A DNA stretch of 64,000 nt from Auanema rhodensis. Its lineage: Eukaryota; Animalia; Nematoda. Within the stretch, counting starts at the first letter, position 1; every line of letters begins with the position of its first letter. This document shows, piece by piece, positions 42,348 through 57,000 of the stretch. A model generated the notes under the pieces. It made no database searches. It was not told the DNA's origin and worked only from the letters and a program-made list of their open reading frames with translations. The stretch is taken from assembly GCA_964057225.1 (NCBI GenBank), contig OZ059897.1, positions 20,646,001 through 20,710,000 on the forward strand. The letters run 5' to 3'. The translations under genes and the position numbers were made by a program.

Positions 42348-44100
42348 TACGAATGCACTATACTATATTGAGAAACGCTTAATACAAAAATTAGTTATGA
42401 TCGTTTGAAAAATGATGCATTAGTGTATGTTGAGTTTCCATGTACACTCAACATTGCTTCCAAAAACATTTTGACAAAAATTTTTTCGAAAAATTTCAAA
42501 ATAATTTGGCAAAAAGTAGATGTTTTTAGATTTCTTTTTTCAAGGCAAAGACGATGGACAATGTTATTTAACGAAAAAATTAATTCTTCAGGGTGAAAAT
42601 CGAGGATATAAGTGTAAACTTATATCAGTTGATATCTCGGTGCATTTTTAAGCTAGCGCAAATCTGATAACACAGATCGACGCAGCTTAAAAATCCGCAT
42701 CGAATGCACTATACTACATTGAGAAACGCTTAATACAAAAATTAGTTATGATCGTTTGAAAAATGATGCATTAGTGTATGTTGAGTTTCCATGTACACTC
42801 AACATTGCTTCCAAAAACATTTTGACAAAAATTTTTTCGAAAAATTTCAAAATAATTTAGCAAAAAGTATATGTTTTTAGATTCCTTTTTTCAAGGCAAA
42901 GACGATGGACAATGTTATTTAACGAAAAAATTAATTCTTCAGAGTGAAAATCGAGGATATAAGTGTAAACTTATATCAGTTGATATCTCGGTGCATTTTT
43001 AAGCTAGCGCAAATCTGATAACACAGATCGACGCAGCTTAAAAATCCGCATCGAATGCACTATACTACATTGAGAAACGCTTAATACAAAAATTAGTTAT
43101 GATCGTTTGAAAAATGATGCATTAGTGTATGTTGAGTTTCCATGTACACTCAACATTGCTTCCAAAAACATTTTGACAAAAATTTTTTCGGAAAATTTCA
43201 AAATAATTTAGCAAAAAGTAGATGTTTTTAGATTCCTTTTTTCAAGGCAAAGACAATGGACCATGTTATTCAACGAAAAAATTAATTCTTCAGGGTGAAA
43301 ATCGAGGATATAAGTGTAAACTTATATCAGTTGATATCTCGGTGCATTTTTAAGCTAGCGCAAATCTGATAACACAGATCGACGCAGCTTAAAAATCCGC
43401 ATCGAATGCACTATACTACATTGAGAAACGCTTAATACAAAAATTAGTTATGATCGTTTGAAAAATGATGCATTAGTGTATGTTGAGTTTCCATGTACAC
43501 TCAACATTGCTTCCAAAAACATTTTGACAAAAATTTTTTCGAAAAATTTCAAAATAATTTAGCAAAAAGTAGATGTTTTTAGATTCCTTTTTTCAAGGCA
43601 AAGACAATGGACCATGTTATTCAACAAAAAAATTAATTCTTCAGAGTGAAAATCGAGGATATAAGTGTGAACTTATATCAGTTGATATCTCGGTGCATTT
43701 TTAAGCTAGCGCAAATCTGATAACACAGATCGACGCAGCTCAAAAATCCGTACGAATGCACTATACTATATTGAGAAACGCTTAATACAAAAATTAGTTA
43801 TGATCGTTTGAAAAATGATGCATTAGTGTATGTTGAGTTTCCATGTACACTCAACATTGCTTCCAAAAACATTTTGACAAAAATTTTTTCGAAAAATTTC
43901 AAAATAATTTAGCAAAAAGTAGATGTTTTTAGATTCCTTTTTTCAAGGCAAAGACGATGGACAATGTTATTTAACGAAAAAATTAATTCTTCAGGGTGAA
44001 AATCGAGGATATAAGTGTGAACTTATATCAGTTGATATCTCGGTACATTTTTAAGCTAGCGCAAATCTGATAACACAGATCGACGCAGCTTAAAAATCCG
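42348..44100 (+). repeat. Segment containing two 350-bp variant monomers (CTCAAAAATCCGTACGAATG junction) starting at 42348 and 43751
   Basis: CATCGA>TACGA with 1-bp loss, plus linked CTTAA>CTCAA and TACATT>TATATT, seen twice 1403 bp apart. Confidence 0.9.
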
Positions 44101-44380
44101 CATCGAATGCACTATACTACATGGAAGAACGCTTAATACAAAAATTAGTTATGATCGTTTGGAAAATGATGCATTAGTGTATGTTGAGTTTCCATGTACA
44201 CTCAACATTGCTTCCAAAAACATTTTGACAAAAATTTTTTCGAAAAATTTCAAAATAATTTAGCAAAAAGTAGATGTTTATCAGTTGTCTTATACTTACA
44301 ACTTATATCAGTTGATATCTCGGTGCATTTTTAAGCTAGCGCAAATCTGATAACACAGATCGACACAGCTTAAAAATCCG
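44101..44380 (+). repeat. Truncated 280-bp monomer: positions 180-270 replaced by 20-nt filler ATCAGTTGTCTTATACTTAC
   Basis: ...GTAGATGTTT-ATCAGTTGTCTTATACTTAC-AACTTATATCAGTTG; filler 44280-44299; next unit at 44381 (net -71 bp). Confidence 0.95.
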
Positions 44381-46135
44381 CATCGAATGCACTATACGAC
44401 ATTGAGAAACGCTTAATACAAAAATTAGTTATGATCGTTTGAAAAATGATGCATTAGTGTATGTTGAGTTTCCATATACACTCAACATTGCTTCCAAAAA
44501 CATTTTGACAAAAATTTTTTCGAAAAATTTCAAAATAATTTAGCAAAAAGTAGATGTTTTTAGATTCCTTTTTTCAAGGCAAAGACGATGGACAATGTTA
44601 TTTAACGAAAAAATTAATTCTTCAGGGTGAAAATCGAGGATATAAGTGTGAACTTATATCAGTTGATATCTCGGTGCATTTTTAAGCTAGCGCAAATCTG
44701 ATAACACAGATCGACGCAGCTTAAAAATCCGCATCGAATGCACTATACTACATTGAGAAACGCTTAATACAAAAATTAGTTATGATCGTTTGAAAAATGA
44801 TGCATTAGTGTATGTTGAGTTTCCATGTACACTCAACATTGCTTCCAAAAACATTTTGACAAAAATTTTTTCGAAAAATTTCAAAATAATTTAGCAAAAA
44901 GTAGATGTTTTCAGATTCCTTTTTTCAAGGCAAAGACAATGGACCATGTTATTCAACGAAAAAATTAATTCTTCAGGGTGAAAATCGAGGATATAAGTGT
45001 AAACTTATATCAGTTGATATCTCGGTGCATTTTTAAGCTAGCGCAAATCTGATAACACAGATCGACGCAGCTTAAAAATCCGCATCGAATGCACTATACT
45101 ACATTGAGAAACGCTTAATACAAAAATTAGTTATGATCGTTTGAAAAATGATGCATTAGTGTATGTTGAGTTTCCATGTACACTCAACATTGCTTCCAAA
45201 AACATTTTGACAAAAATTTTTTCGAAAAATTTCAAAATAATTTAGCAAAAAGTAGATGTTTTTAGATTCCTTTTTTCAAGGCAAAGACGATGGACAATGT
45301 TATTCAACGAAAAAATTAATTCTTCAGGGTGAAAATCGAGGATATAAGTGTGAACTTATATCAGTTGATATCTCGGTACATTTTTAAGCTAGCGCAAATC
45401 TGATAACACAGATCGACGCAGCTTAAAAATCCGCATCGAATGCACTATACTACATGGAAGAACGCTTAATACAAAAATTAGTTATGATTGTTTGGAAAAT
45501 GATGCATTAGTGTATGTTGAGTTTCCATGTACACTCAACATTGCTTCCGAAAACATTTTGACAAAAATTTTTTCGAAAAATTTCAAAATAATTTAGCAAA
45601 AAGTAGATGTTTTTAGATTCCTTTTTTCAAGGCAAAGACGATGGACAATGTTATTTAACGAAAAAATTAATTCTTCAGGGTGAAAATCGAGGATATAAGT
45701 GTGAACTTATATCAGTTGATATCTCGGTACATTTTTAAGCTAGCGCAAATCTGATAACACAGATCGACGCAGCTTAAAAATCCGCATCGAATGCACTATA
45801 CTACATTGAGAAAAGCTTAATACAAAAATTAGTTATGATCGTTTGAAAAATGATGCATTAGTGTATGTTGAGTTTCCATGTACACTCAACATTGCTTCCA
45901 AAAACATTTTGACAAAAATTTTTTCGAAAAATTTCAAAATAATTTAGCAAAAAGTAGATGTTTTTAGATTCCTTTTTTCAAGGCAAAGACGATGGACAAT
46001 GTTATTCAACGAAAAAATTATTTCTTCAGGGTGAAAATCGAGGATATAAGTGTGAACTTATATCAGTTGATATCTCGGTGCATTTTTAAGCTAGCGCAAA
46101 TCTGATAACACAGATCGACGCAGCTTAAAAATCCG

Positions 46136-49100
46136 CATCGAATGCACTATACTACATGGAAGAACGCTTAATACAAAAATTAGTTATGATCGTTTGGAAA
46201 ATGATGCATTAGTGTATGTTGAGTTTCCATGTACACTCAACATTGCTTCCAAAAACATTTTGACAAAAATTTTTTCGAAAAATTTCAAAATAATTTAGCA
46301 AAAAGTAGATGTTTTTAGATTCCTTTTTTCAAGGCAAAAACGATGGACAATGTTATTCAACGAAAAAATTATTTCTTCAGGGTGAAAATCGAGGATATAA
46401 GTGTGAACTTATATCAGTTGATATCTCGGTGCATTTTTAAGCTAGCGCAAATCTGATAACACAGATCGACGCAGCTTAAAAATCCGCATCGAATGCACTA
46501 TACTACATTGAGAAACGCTTAATACAAAAATTAGTTATGATCGTTTGAAAAATGATGCATTAGTGTATGTTGAGTTTCCATGTACACTCAACATTGCTTC
46601 CAAAAACATTTTGACAAAAATTTTTTCGAAAAATTTCAAAATAATTTAGCGAAAAGTAGATGTTTTTAGATTCCTTTTTTCAAGGCAAAGACGATGGACC
46701 ATGTTATTCAACGAAAAAATTAATTCTTCAGGGTGAAAATCGAGGATATAAGTGTAAACTTATATCAGTTGATATCTTGGTGCATTTTTAAGCTAGCGCA
46801 AATCTGATAACACAGATCGACGCAGCTTAAAAATCCGCATCGAATGCACTATACTACATTGAGAAACGCTTAATACAAAAATTAGTTATGATCGTTTGAA
46901 AAATGATGCATTAGTGTATGTTGAGTTTCCATGTACACTCAACATTGCTTCCAAAAACATTTTGACAAAAATTTTTTCGAAAAATTTCAAAATAATTTAG
47001 CAAAAAGTAGATGTTTTTAGATTCCTTTTTTCAAGGCAAAGACGATGGACCATGTTATTCAACGAAAAAAGTAATTCTTCAGGGTGAAAATCGAGGATAT
47101 AAGTGTGAACTTATATCAGTTGATATCTCGGTGCATTTTTAAGCTAGCGCAAATCTGATAACACAGATCGACGCAGCTTAAAAATCCGCATCGAATGCAC
47201 TATACTACATGGAAGAACGCTTAATACAAAAATTAGTTATGATCGTTTGAAAAATGATGCATTAGTGTATGTTGAGTTTCCATGTACACTCAACATTGCT
47301 TCCAAAAACATTTTGACAAAAATTTTTTCGAAAAATTTCAAAATAATTTAGCAAAAAGTAGATGTTTTTAGATTCCTTTTCTCAAGGCAAAGACGATGGA
47401 CAATGTTATTCAACGAAAAAATTATTTCTTCAGGGTGAAAATCGAGGATATAAGTGTGAACTTATATCAGTTGATATCTCGGTGCATTTTTAAGCTAGCG
47501 CAAATCTGATAACACAGATCGACGCAGCTTAAAAATCCGCATCGAATGCACTATACTACATTGAGAAACGCTTAATACAAAAATTAGTTATGATCGTTTG
47601 AAAAATGATGCATTAGTGTATGTTGAGTTTCCATGTACACTCAACATTGCTTCCAAAAACATTTTGACAAAAATTTTTTCGAAAAATTTCAAAATAATTT
47701 AGCAAAAAGTAGATGTTTTTAGATTCCTTTTTTTAAGGCAAAGACGATGGACGATGTTATTCAACGAAAAAATTAATTCTTCAGGGTGAAAATCGAGGAT
47801 ATAAGTGTGAACTTATATCAGTTGATATCTCGGTGCATTTTTAAGCTAGCGCAAATCTGATAACACAGATCGACGCAGCTTAAAAATCCGCATCGAATGC
47901 ACTATACTACATTGAGAAACGCTTAATACAAAAATTAGTTATGATCGTTTGAAAAATGATGCATTAGTGTATGTTGAGTTTCCATGTACACTCAACATTG
48001 CTTCCAAAAACATTTTGACAAAAATTTTTTCGAAAAATTTCAAAATAATTTAGCAAAAAGTAGATGTTTTTAGATTCCTTTTTTCAAGGCAAAGACGATG
48101 GACAATGTTATTTAACGAAAAAAGTAATTCTTCAGGGTGAAAATCGAGGATATAAGTGTGAACTTATATCAGTTGATATCTCGGTGCATTTTTAAGCTAG
48201 CGCAAATCTGATAACACAGATCGACGCAGCTTAAAAATCCGCATCGAATGCACTATACTACATGGAAGAACGCTTAATACAAAAATTAGTTATGATCGTT
48301 TGAAAAATGATGCATTAGTGTATGTTGAGTTTCCATGTACACTCAACATTGCTTCCAAAAACATTTTGACAAAAATTTTTTCGAAAAATTTCAAAATAAT
48401 TTAGCAAAAAGTAGATGTTTTTAGATTCCTTTTCTCAAGGCAAAGACGATGGACAATGTTATTCAACGAAAAAATTATTTCTTCAGGGTGAAAATCGAGG
48501 ATATAAGTGTGAACTTATATCAGTTGATATCTCGGTGCATTTTTAAGCTAGCGCAAATCTGATAACACAGATCGACGCAGCTTAAAAATCCGCATCGAAT
48601 GCACTATACTACATGGAAGAACGCTTAATACAAAAATTAGTTATGATCGTTTGGAAAATGATGCATTAGTGTATGTTGAGTTTCCATGTACACTCAACAT
48701 TGCTTCCAAAAACATTTTGACAAAAATTTTTTCGAAAAATTTCAAAATAATTTAGCAAAAAGTAGATGTTTTTAGATTCCTTTTTTCAAGGCAAAGACGA
48801 TGGACAATGTTATTCAACGAAAAAATTATTTCTTCAGGGTGAAAATCGAGGATATAAGTGTGAACTTATATCAGTTGATATCTCGGTGCATTTTTAAGCT
48901 AGCGCAAATCTGATAACACAGATCGACGCAGCTTAAAAATCCGCATCGAATGCACTATACTACATTGAGAAACGCTTAATACAAAAATTAGTTATGATCG
49001 TTTGAAAAATGATGCATTAGTGTATGTTGAGTTTCCATGTACACTCAACATTGCTTCCAAAAACATTTTGACAAAAATTTTTTCGAAAAATTTCAAAATA

Positions 49101-51049
49101 ATTTAGCGAAAAGTAGATGTTTTTAGATTCCTTTTTTCAAGGCAAAGACGATGGACCATGTTATTCAACGAAAAAATTAATTCTTCAGGGTGAAAATCGA
49201 GGATATAAGTGTAAACTTATATCAGTTGATATCTTGGTGCATTTTTAAGCTAGCGCAAATCTGATAACACAGATCGACGCAGCTTAAAAATCCGCATCGA
49301 ATGCACTATACTACATTGAGAAACGCTTAATACAAAAATTAGTTATGATCGTTTGAAAAATGATGCATTAGTGTATGTTGAGTTTCCATGTACACTCAAC
49401 ATTGCTTCCAAAAACATTTTGACAAAAATTTTTTCGAAAAATTTCAAAATAATTTAGCAAAAAGTAGATGTTTTTAGATTCCTTTTTTCAAGGCAAAGAC
49501 GATGGACCATGTTATTCAACGAAAAAAGTAATTCTTCAGGGTGAAAATCGAGGATATAAGTGTGAACTTATATCAGTTGATATCTCGGTGCATTTTTAAG
49601 CTAGCGCAAATCTGATAACACAGATCGACGCAGCTTAAAAATCCGCATCGAATGCACTATACTACATGGAAGAACGCTTAATACAAAAATTAGTTATGAT
49701 CGTTTGAAAAATGATGCATTAGTGTATGTTGAGTTTCCATGTACACTCAACATTGCTTCCAAAAACATTTTGACAAAAATTTTTTCGAAAAATTTCAAAA
49801 TAATTTAGCAAAAAGTAGATGTTTTTAGATTCCTTTTCTCAAGGCAAAGACGATGGACAATGTTATTCAACGAAAAAATTATTTCTTCAGGGTGAAAATC
49901 GAGGATATAAGTGTGAACTTATATCAGTTGATATCTCGGTGCATTTTTAAGCTAGCGCAAATCTGATAACACAGATCGACGCAGCTTAAAAATCCGCATC
50001 GAATGCACTATACTACATTGAGAAACGCTTAATACAAAAATTAGTTATGATCGTTTGAAAAATGATGCATTAGTGTATGTTGAGTTTCCATGTACACTCA
50101 ACATTGCTTCCAAAAACATTTTGACAAAAATTTTTTCGAAAAATTTCAAAATAATTTAGCAAAAAGTAGATGTTTTTAGATTCCTTTTTTTAAGGCAAAG
50201 ACGATGGACGATGTTATTCAACGAAAAAATTAATTCTTCAGGGTGAAAATCGAGGATATAAGTGTGAACTTATATCAGTTGATATCTCGGTGCATTTTTA
50301 AGCTAGCGCAAATCTGATAACACAGATCGACGCAGCTTAAAAATCCGCATCGAATGCACTATACTACATTGAGAAACGCTTAATACAAAAATTAGTTATG
50401 ATCGTTTGAAAAATGATGCATTAGTGTATGTTGAGTTTCCATGTACACTCAACATTGCTTCCAAAAACATTTTGACAAAAATTTTTTCGAAAAATTTCAA
50501 AATAATTTAGCAAAAAGTAGATGTTTTTAGATTCCTTTTTTCAAGGCAAAGACGATGGACAATGTTATTTAACGAAAAAAGTAATTCTTCAGGGTGAAAA
50601 TCGAGGATATAAGTGTGAACTTATATCAGTTGATATCTCGGTGCATTTTTAAGCTAGCGCAAATCTGATAACACAGATCGACGCAGCTTAAAAATCCGCA
50701 TCGAATGCACTATACTACATGGAAGAACGCTTAATACAAAAATTAGTTATGATCGTTTGAAAAATGATGCATTAGTGTATGTTGAGTTTCCATGTACACT
50801 CAACATTGCTTCCAAAAACATTTTGACAAAAATTTTTTCGAAAAATTTCAAAATAATTTAGCAAAAAGTAGATGTTTTTAGATTCCTTTTCTCAAGGCAA
50901 AGACGATGGACAATGTTATTCAACGAAAAAATTATTTCTTCAGGGTGAAAATCGAGGATATAAGTGTGAACTTATATCAGTTGATATCTCGGTGCATTTT
51001 TAAGCTAGCGCAAATCTGATAACACAGATCGACGCAGCTTAAAAATCCG
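46136..51049 (+). repeat. Tandem duplication of a 7-monomer (2457-bp) block, a local higher-order repeat
   Basis: Seven consecutive unit haplotypes recur in the same order; e.g. rare TTAGCGAAAA at 46651 and 49108, AAAGTAATT at 47071/49528 and 48124/50581. Confidence 0.9.
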
Positions 51050-54000
51050 CATCGAATGCACTATACTACATGGAAGAACGCTTAATACAAAAATTAGTTA
51101 TGATCGTTTGAAAAATGATGCATTAGTGTATGTTGAGTTTCCATGTACACTCAACATTGCTTCCAAAAACATTTTGACAAAAATTTTTTCGAAAAATTTC
51201 AAAATAATTTAGCAAAAAGTAGATGTTTTTAGATTCCTTTTCTCAAGGCAAAGACGATGGACAATGTTATTCAACGAAAAAATTATTTCTTCAGGGTGAA
51301 AATCGAGGATATAAGTGTGAACTTATATCAGTTGATATCTCGGTGCATTTTTAAGCTAGCGCAAATCTGATAACACAGATCGACGCAGCTTAAAAATCCG
51401 CATCGAATGCACTATACTACATTGAGAAACGCTTAATACAAAAATTAGTTATGATCGTTTGAAAAATGATGCATTAGTGTATGTTGAGTTTCCATGTACA
51501 CTCAACATTGCTTCCAAAAACATTTTGACAAAAATTTTTTCGAAAAATTTCAAAATAATTTAGCAAAAAGTAGATGTTTTTAGATTCCTTTTTTCAAGGC
51601 AAAGACGATGGACAATGTTATTCAACGAAAAAATTAATTCTTCAGGGTGAAAATCGAGGATATAAGTGTAAACTTATATCAGTTGATATCTTGGTGCATT
51701 TTTAAGCTAGCGCAAATCTGATAACACAGATCGACGCAGCTTAAAAATCCGCATCGAATGCACTATACTACATTGAGAAACGCTTAATACAAAAATTAGT
51801 TATGATCGTTTGAAAAATGATGCATTAGTGTATGTTGAGTTTCCATGTACACTCAACATTGCTTCCAAAAACATTTTGACAAAAATTTTTTCGAAAAATT
51901 TCAAAATAATTTAGCAAAAAGTAGATGTTTTTAGATTCCTTTTTTCAAGGCAAAGACGATGGACAATGTTATTTAACGAAAAAATTAATTCTTCAGGGTG
52001 AAAATCGAGGATATAAGTGTAAACTTATATCAGTTGATATCTCGGTGCATTTTTAAGCTAGCGCAAATCTGATAACACAGATCGACACAGCTTAAAAATC
52101 CGCATCGAATGCACTATACGACATTGAGAAACGCTTAATACAAAAATTAGTTATGATCGTTTGAAAAATGATGCATTAGTGTATGTTGAGTTTCCATGTA
52201 CACTCAACATTGCTTCCAAAAACATTTTGACAAAAATTTTTTCGAAAAATTTCAAAATAATTTAGCAAAAAGTAGATGTTTTTAGATTCCTTTTTTCAAG
52301 GCAAAGACGATGGACAATGTTATTCAACGAAAAAATTAATTCTTCAGGGTGAAAATCGAGGATATAAGTGTGAACTTATATCAGTTGATATCTCGGTACA
52401 TTTTTAAGCTAGCGCAAATCTGATAAAACAGATCGACGCAGCTTAAAAATCCGCATCGAATGCACTATACTACATGGAAGAACGCTTAATACAAAAATTA
52501 GTTATGATCGTTTGGAAAATGATGCATTAGTGTATGTTGAGTTTCCATGTACACTCAACATTGCTTCCAAAAACATTTTGACAAAAATTTTTTCGAAAAA
52601 TTTCAAAATAATTTAGCAAAAAGTAGATGTTTTTAGATTCCTTTTCTCAAGGCAAAGACGATGGACAATGTTATTTAACGAAAAAATTAATTCTTCAGGG
52701 TGAAAATCGAGGATATAAGTGTGAACTTATATCAGTTGATATCTCGGTGCATTTTTAAGCTAGCGCAAATCTGATAACACAGATCGACGCAGCTTAAAAA
52801 TCCGCATCGAATGCACTATACTACATGGAAGAACGCTTAATACAAAAATTAGTTATGATCGTTTGAAAAATGATGCATTAGTGTATGTTGAGTTTCCATG
52901 TACACTCAACATTGCTTCCAAAAACATTTTGACAAAAATTTTTTCGAAAAATTTCAAAATAATTTAGCAAAAAGTAGATGTTTTTAGATTCCTTTTTTTA
53001 AGGCAAAGACGATGGACGATGTTATTCAACGAAAAAATTAATTCTTCAGGGTGAAAATCGAGGATATAAGTGTGAACTTATATCAGTTGATATCTCGGTG
53101 CATTTTTAAGCTAGCGCAAATCTGATAACACAGATCGACGCAGCTTAAAAATCCGCATCGAATGCACTATACTACATTGAGAAACGCTTAATACAAAAAT
53201 TAGTTATGATCGTTTGAAAAATGATGCATTAGTGTATGTTGAGTTTCCATGTACACTCAACATTGCTTCCAAAAACATTTTGACAAAAATTTTTTCGAAA
53301 AATTTCAAAATAATTTAGCAAAAAGTAGATGTTTTTAGATTCCTTTTTTTAAGGCAAAGACGATGGACGATGTTATTCAACGAAAAAATTAATTCTTCAG
53401 GGTGAAAATCGAGGATATAAGTGTGAACTTATATCAGTTGATATCTCGGTGCATTTTTAAGCTAGCGCAAATCTGATAACACAGATCGACGCAGCTTAAA
53501 AATCCGCATCGAATGCACTATACTACATTGAGAAACGCTTAATACAAAAATTAGTTATGATCGTTTGAAAAATGATGCATTAGTGTATGTTGAGTTTCCA
53601 TGTACACTCAACATTGCTTCCAAAAACATTTTGACAAAAATTTTTTCGAAAAATTTCAAAATAATTTAGCAAAAAGTAGATGTTTTTAGATTCCTTTTTT
53701 CAAGGCAAAGACGATGGACAATGTTATTTAACGAAAAAAGTAATTCTTCAGGGTGAAAATCGAGGATATAAGTGTGAACTTATATCAGTTGATATCTCGG
53801 TGCATTTTTAAGCTAGCGCAAATCTGATAACACAGATCGACGCAGCTTAAAAATCCGCATCGAATGCACTATACTACATGGAAGAACGCTTAATACAAAA
53901 ATTAGTTATGATCGTTTGAAAAATGATGCATTAGTGTATGTTGAGTTTCCATGTACACTCAACATTGCTTCCAAAAACATTTTGACAAAAATTTTTTCGA

Positions 54001-57000
54001 AAAATTTCAAAATAATTTAGCAAAAAGTAGATGTTTTTAGATTCCTTTTCTCAAGGCAAAGACGATGGACAATGTTATTCAACGAAAAAATTATTTCTTC
54101 AGGGTGAAAATCGAGGATATAAGTGTGAACTTATATCAGTTGATATCTCGGTGCATTTTTAAGCTAGCGCAAATCTGATAACACAGATCGACGCAGCTTA
54201 AAAATCCGCATCGAATGCACTATACTACATGGAAGAACGCTTAATACAAAAATTAGTTATGATCGTTTGAAAAATGATGCATTAGTGTATGTTGAGTTTC
54301 CATGTACACTCAACATTGCTTCCAAAAACATTTTGACAAAAATTTTTTCGAAAAATTTCAAAATAATTTAGCAAAAAGTAGATGTTTTTAGATTCCTTTT
54401 CTCAAGGCAAAGACGATGGACAATGTTATTCAACGAAAAAATTATTTCTTCAGGGTGAAAATCGAGGATATAAGTGTGAACTTATATCAGTTGATATCTC
54501 GGTGCATTTTTAAGCTAGCGCAAATCTGATAACACAGATCGACGCAGCTTAAAAATCCGCATCGAATGCACTATACTACATTGAGAAACGCTTAATACAA
54601 AAATTAGTTATGATCGTTTGAAAAATGATGCATTAGTGTATGTTGAGTTTCCATGTACACTCAACATTGCTTCCAAAAACATTTTGACAAAAATTTTTTC
54701 GAAAAATTTCAAAATAATTTAGCAAAAAGTAGATGTTTTTAGATTCCTTTTTTCAAGGCAAAGACGATGGACAATGTTATTCAACGAAAAAATTAATTCT
54801 TCAGGGTGAAAATCGAGGATATAAGTGTAAACTTATATCAGTTGATATCTTGGTGCATTTTTAAGCTAGCGCAAATCTGATAACACAGATCGACGCAGCT
54901 TAAAAATCCGCATCGAATGCACTATACTACATTGAGAAACGCTTAATACAAAAATTAGTTATGATCGTTTGAAAAATGATGCATTAGTGTATGTTGAGTT
55001 TCCATGTACACTCAACATTGCTTCCAAAAACATTTTGACAAAAATTTTTTCGAAAAATTTCAAAATAATTTAGCAAAAAGTAGATGTTTTTAGATTCCTT
55101 TTTTCAAGGCAAAGACGATGGACAATGTTATTTAACGAAAAAATTAATTCTTCAGGGTGAAAATCGAGGATATAAGTGTAAACTTATATCAGTTGATATC
55201 TCGGTGCATTTTTAAGCTAGCGCAAATCTGATAACACAGATCGACACAGCTTAAAAATCCGCATCGAATGCACTATACGACATTGAGAAACGCTTAATAC
55301 AAAAATTAGTTATGATCGTTTGAAAAATGATGCATTAGTGTATGTTGAGTTTCCATGTACACTCAACATTGCTTCCAAAAACATTTTGACAAAAATTTTT
55401 TCGAAAAATTTCAAAATAATTTAGCAAAAAGTAGATGTTTTTAGATTCCTTTTCTCAAGGCAAAGACGATGGACAATGTTATTCAACGAAAAAATTATTT
55501 CTTCAGGGTGAAAATCGAGGATATAAGTGTGAACTTATATCAGTTGATATCTCGGTGCATTTTTAAGCTAGCGCAAATCTGATAACACAGATCGACGCAG
55601 CTTAAAAATCCGCATCGAATGCACTATACTACATTGAGAAACGCTTAATACAAAAATTAGTTATGATCGTTTGAAAAATGATGCATTAGTGTATGTTGAG
55701 TTTCCATGTACACTCAACATTGCTTCCAAAAACATTTTGACAAAAATTTTTTCGAAAAATTTCAAAATAATTTAGCAAAAAGTAGATGTTTTTAGATTCC
55801 TTTTTTCAAGGCAAAGACGATGGACAATGTTATTCAACGAAAAAATTAATTCTTCAGGGTGAAAATCGAGGATATAAGTGTAAACTTATATCAGTTGATA
55901 TCTTGGTGCATTTTTAAGCTAGCGCAAATCTGATAACACAGATCGACGCAGCTTAAAAATCCGCATCGAATGCACTATACTACATTGAGAAACGCTTAAT
56001 ACAAAAATTAGTTATGATCGTTTGAAAAATGATGCATTAGTGTATGTTGAGTTTCCATGTACACTCAACATTGCTTCCAAAAACATTTTGACAAAAATTT
56101 TTTCGAAAAATTTCAAAATAATTTAGCAAAAAGTAGATGTTTTTAGATTCCTTTTTTCAAGGCAAAGACGATGGACAATGTTATTTAACGAAAAAATTAA
56201 TTCTTCAGGGTGAAAATCGAGGATATAAGTGTGAACTTATATCAGTTGATATCTCGGTGCATTTTTAAGCTAGCGCAAATCTGATAACACAGATCGACGC
56301 AGCTTAAAAATCCGCATCGAATGCACTATACTACATGGAAGAACGCTTAATACAAAAATTAGTTATGATCGTTTGAAAAATGATGCATTAGTGTATGTTG
56401 AGTTTCCATGTACACTCAACATTGCTTCCAAAAACATTTTGACAAAAATTTTTTCGAAAAATTTCAAAATAATTTAGCAAAAAGTAGATGTTTTTAGATT
56501 CCTTTTTTTAAGGCAAAGACGATGGACGATGTTATTCAACGAAAAAATTAATTCTTCAGGGTGAAAATCGAGGATATAAGTGTGAACTTATATCAGTTGA
56601 TATCTCGGTGCATTTTTAAGCTAGCGCAAATCTGATAACACAGATCGACGCAGCTTAAAAATCCGCATCGAATGCACTATACTACATTGAGAAACGCTTA
56701 ATACAAAAATTAGTTATGATCGTTTGAAAAATGATGCATTAGTGTATGTTGAGTTTCCATGTACACTCAACATTGCTTCCAAAAACATTTTGACAAAAAT
56801 TTTTTCGAAAAATTTCAAAATAATTTAGCAAAAAGTAGATGTTTTTAGATTCCTTTTTTTAAGGCAAAGACGATGGACGATGTTATTCAACGAAAAAATT
56901 AATTCTTCAGGGTGAAAATCGAGGATATAAGTGTGAACTTATATCAGTTGATATCTCGGTGCATTTTTAAGCTAGCGCAAATCTGATAACACAGATCGAC

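Noticed and set aside
42405-42596. 63-aa ORF from the supplied track
   Set aside because: It starts at TTG inside a satellite monomer and exists only because of a single TAG>TGG change at 42508. Nearly all other units keep the stop, and the peptide has no recognisable motif.
22466-44299. Transposon insertion or excision footprints at the two filler junctions
   Set aside because: No target-site duplications or terminal repeats; both fillers are explained by flanking satellite sequence and accompany deletions.
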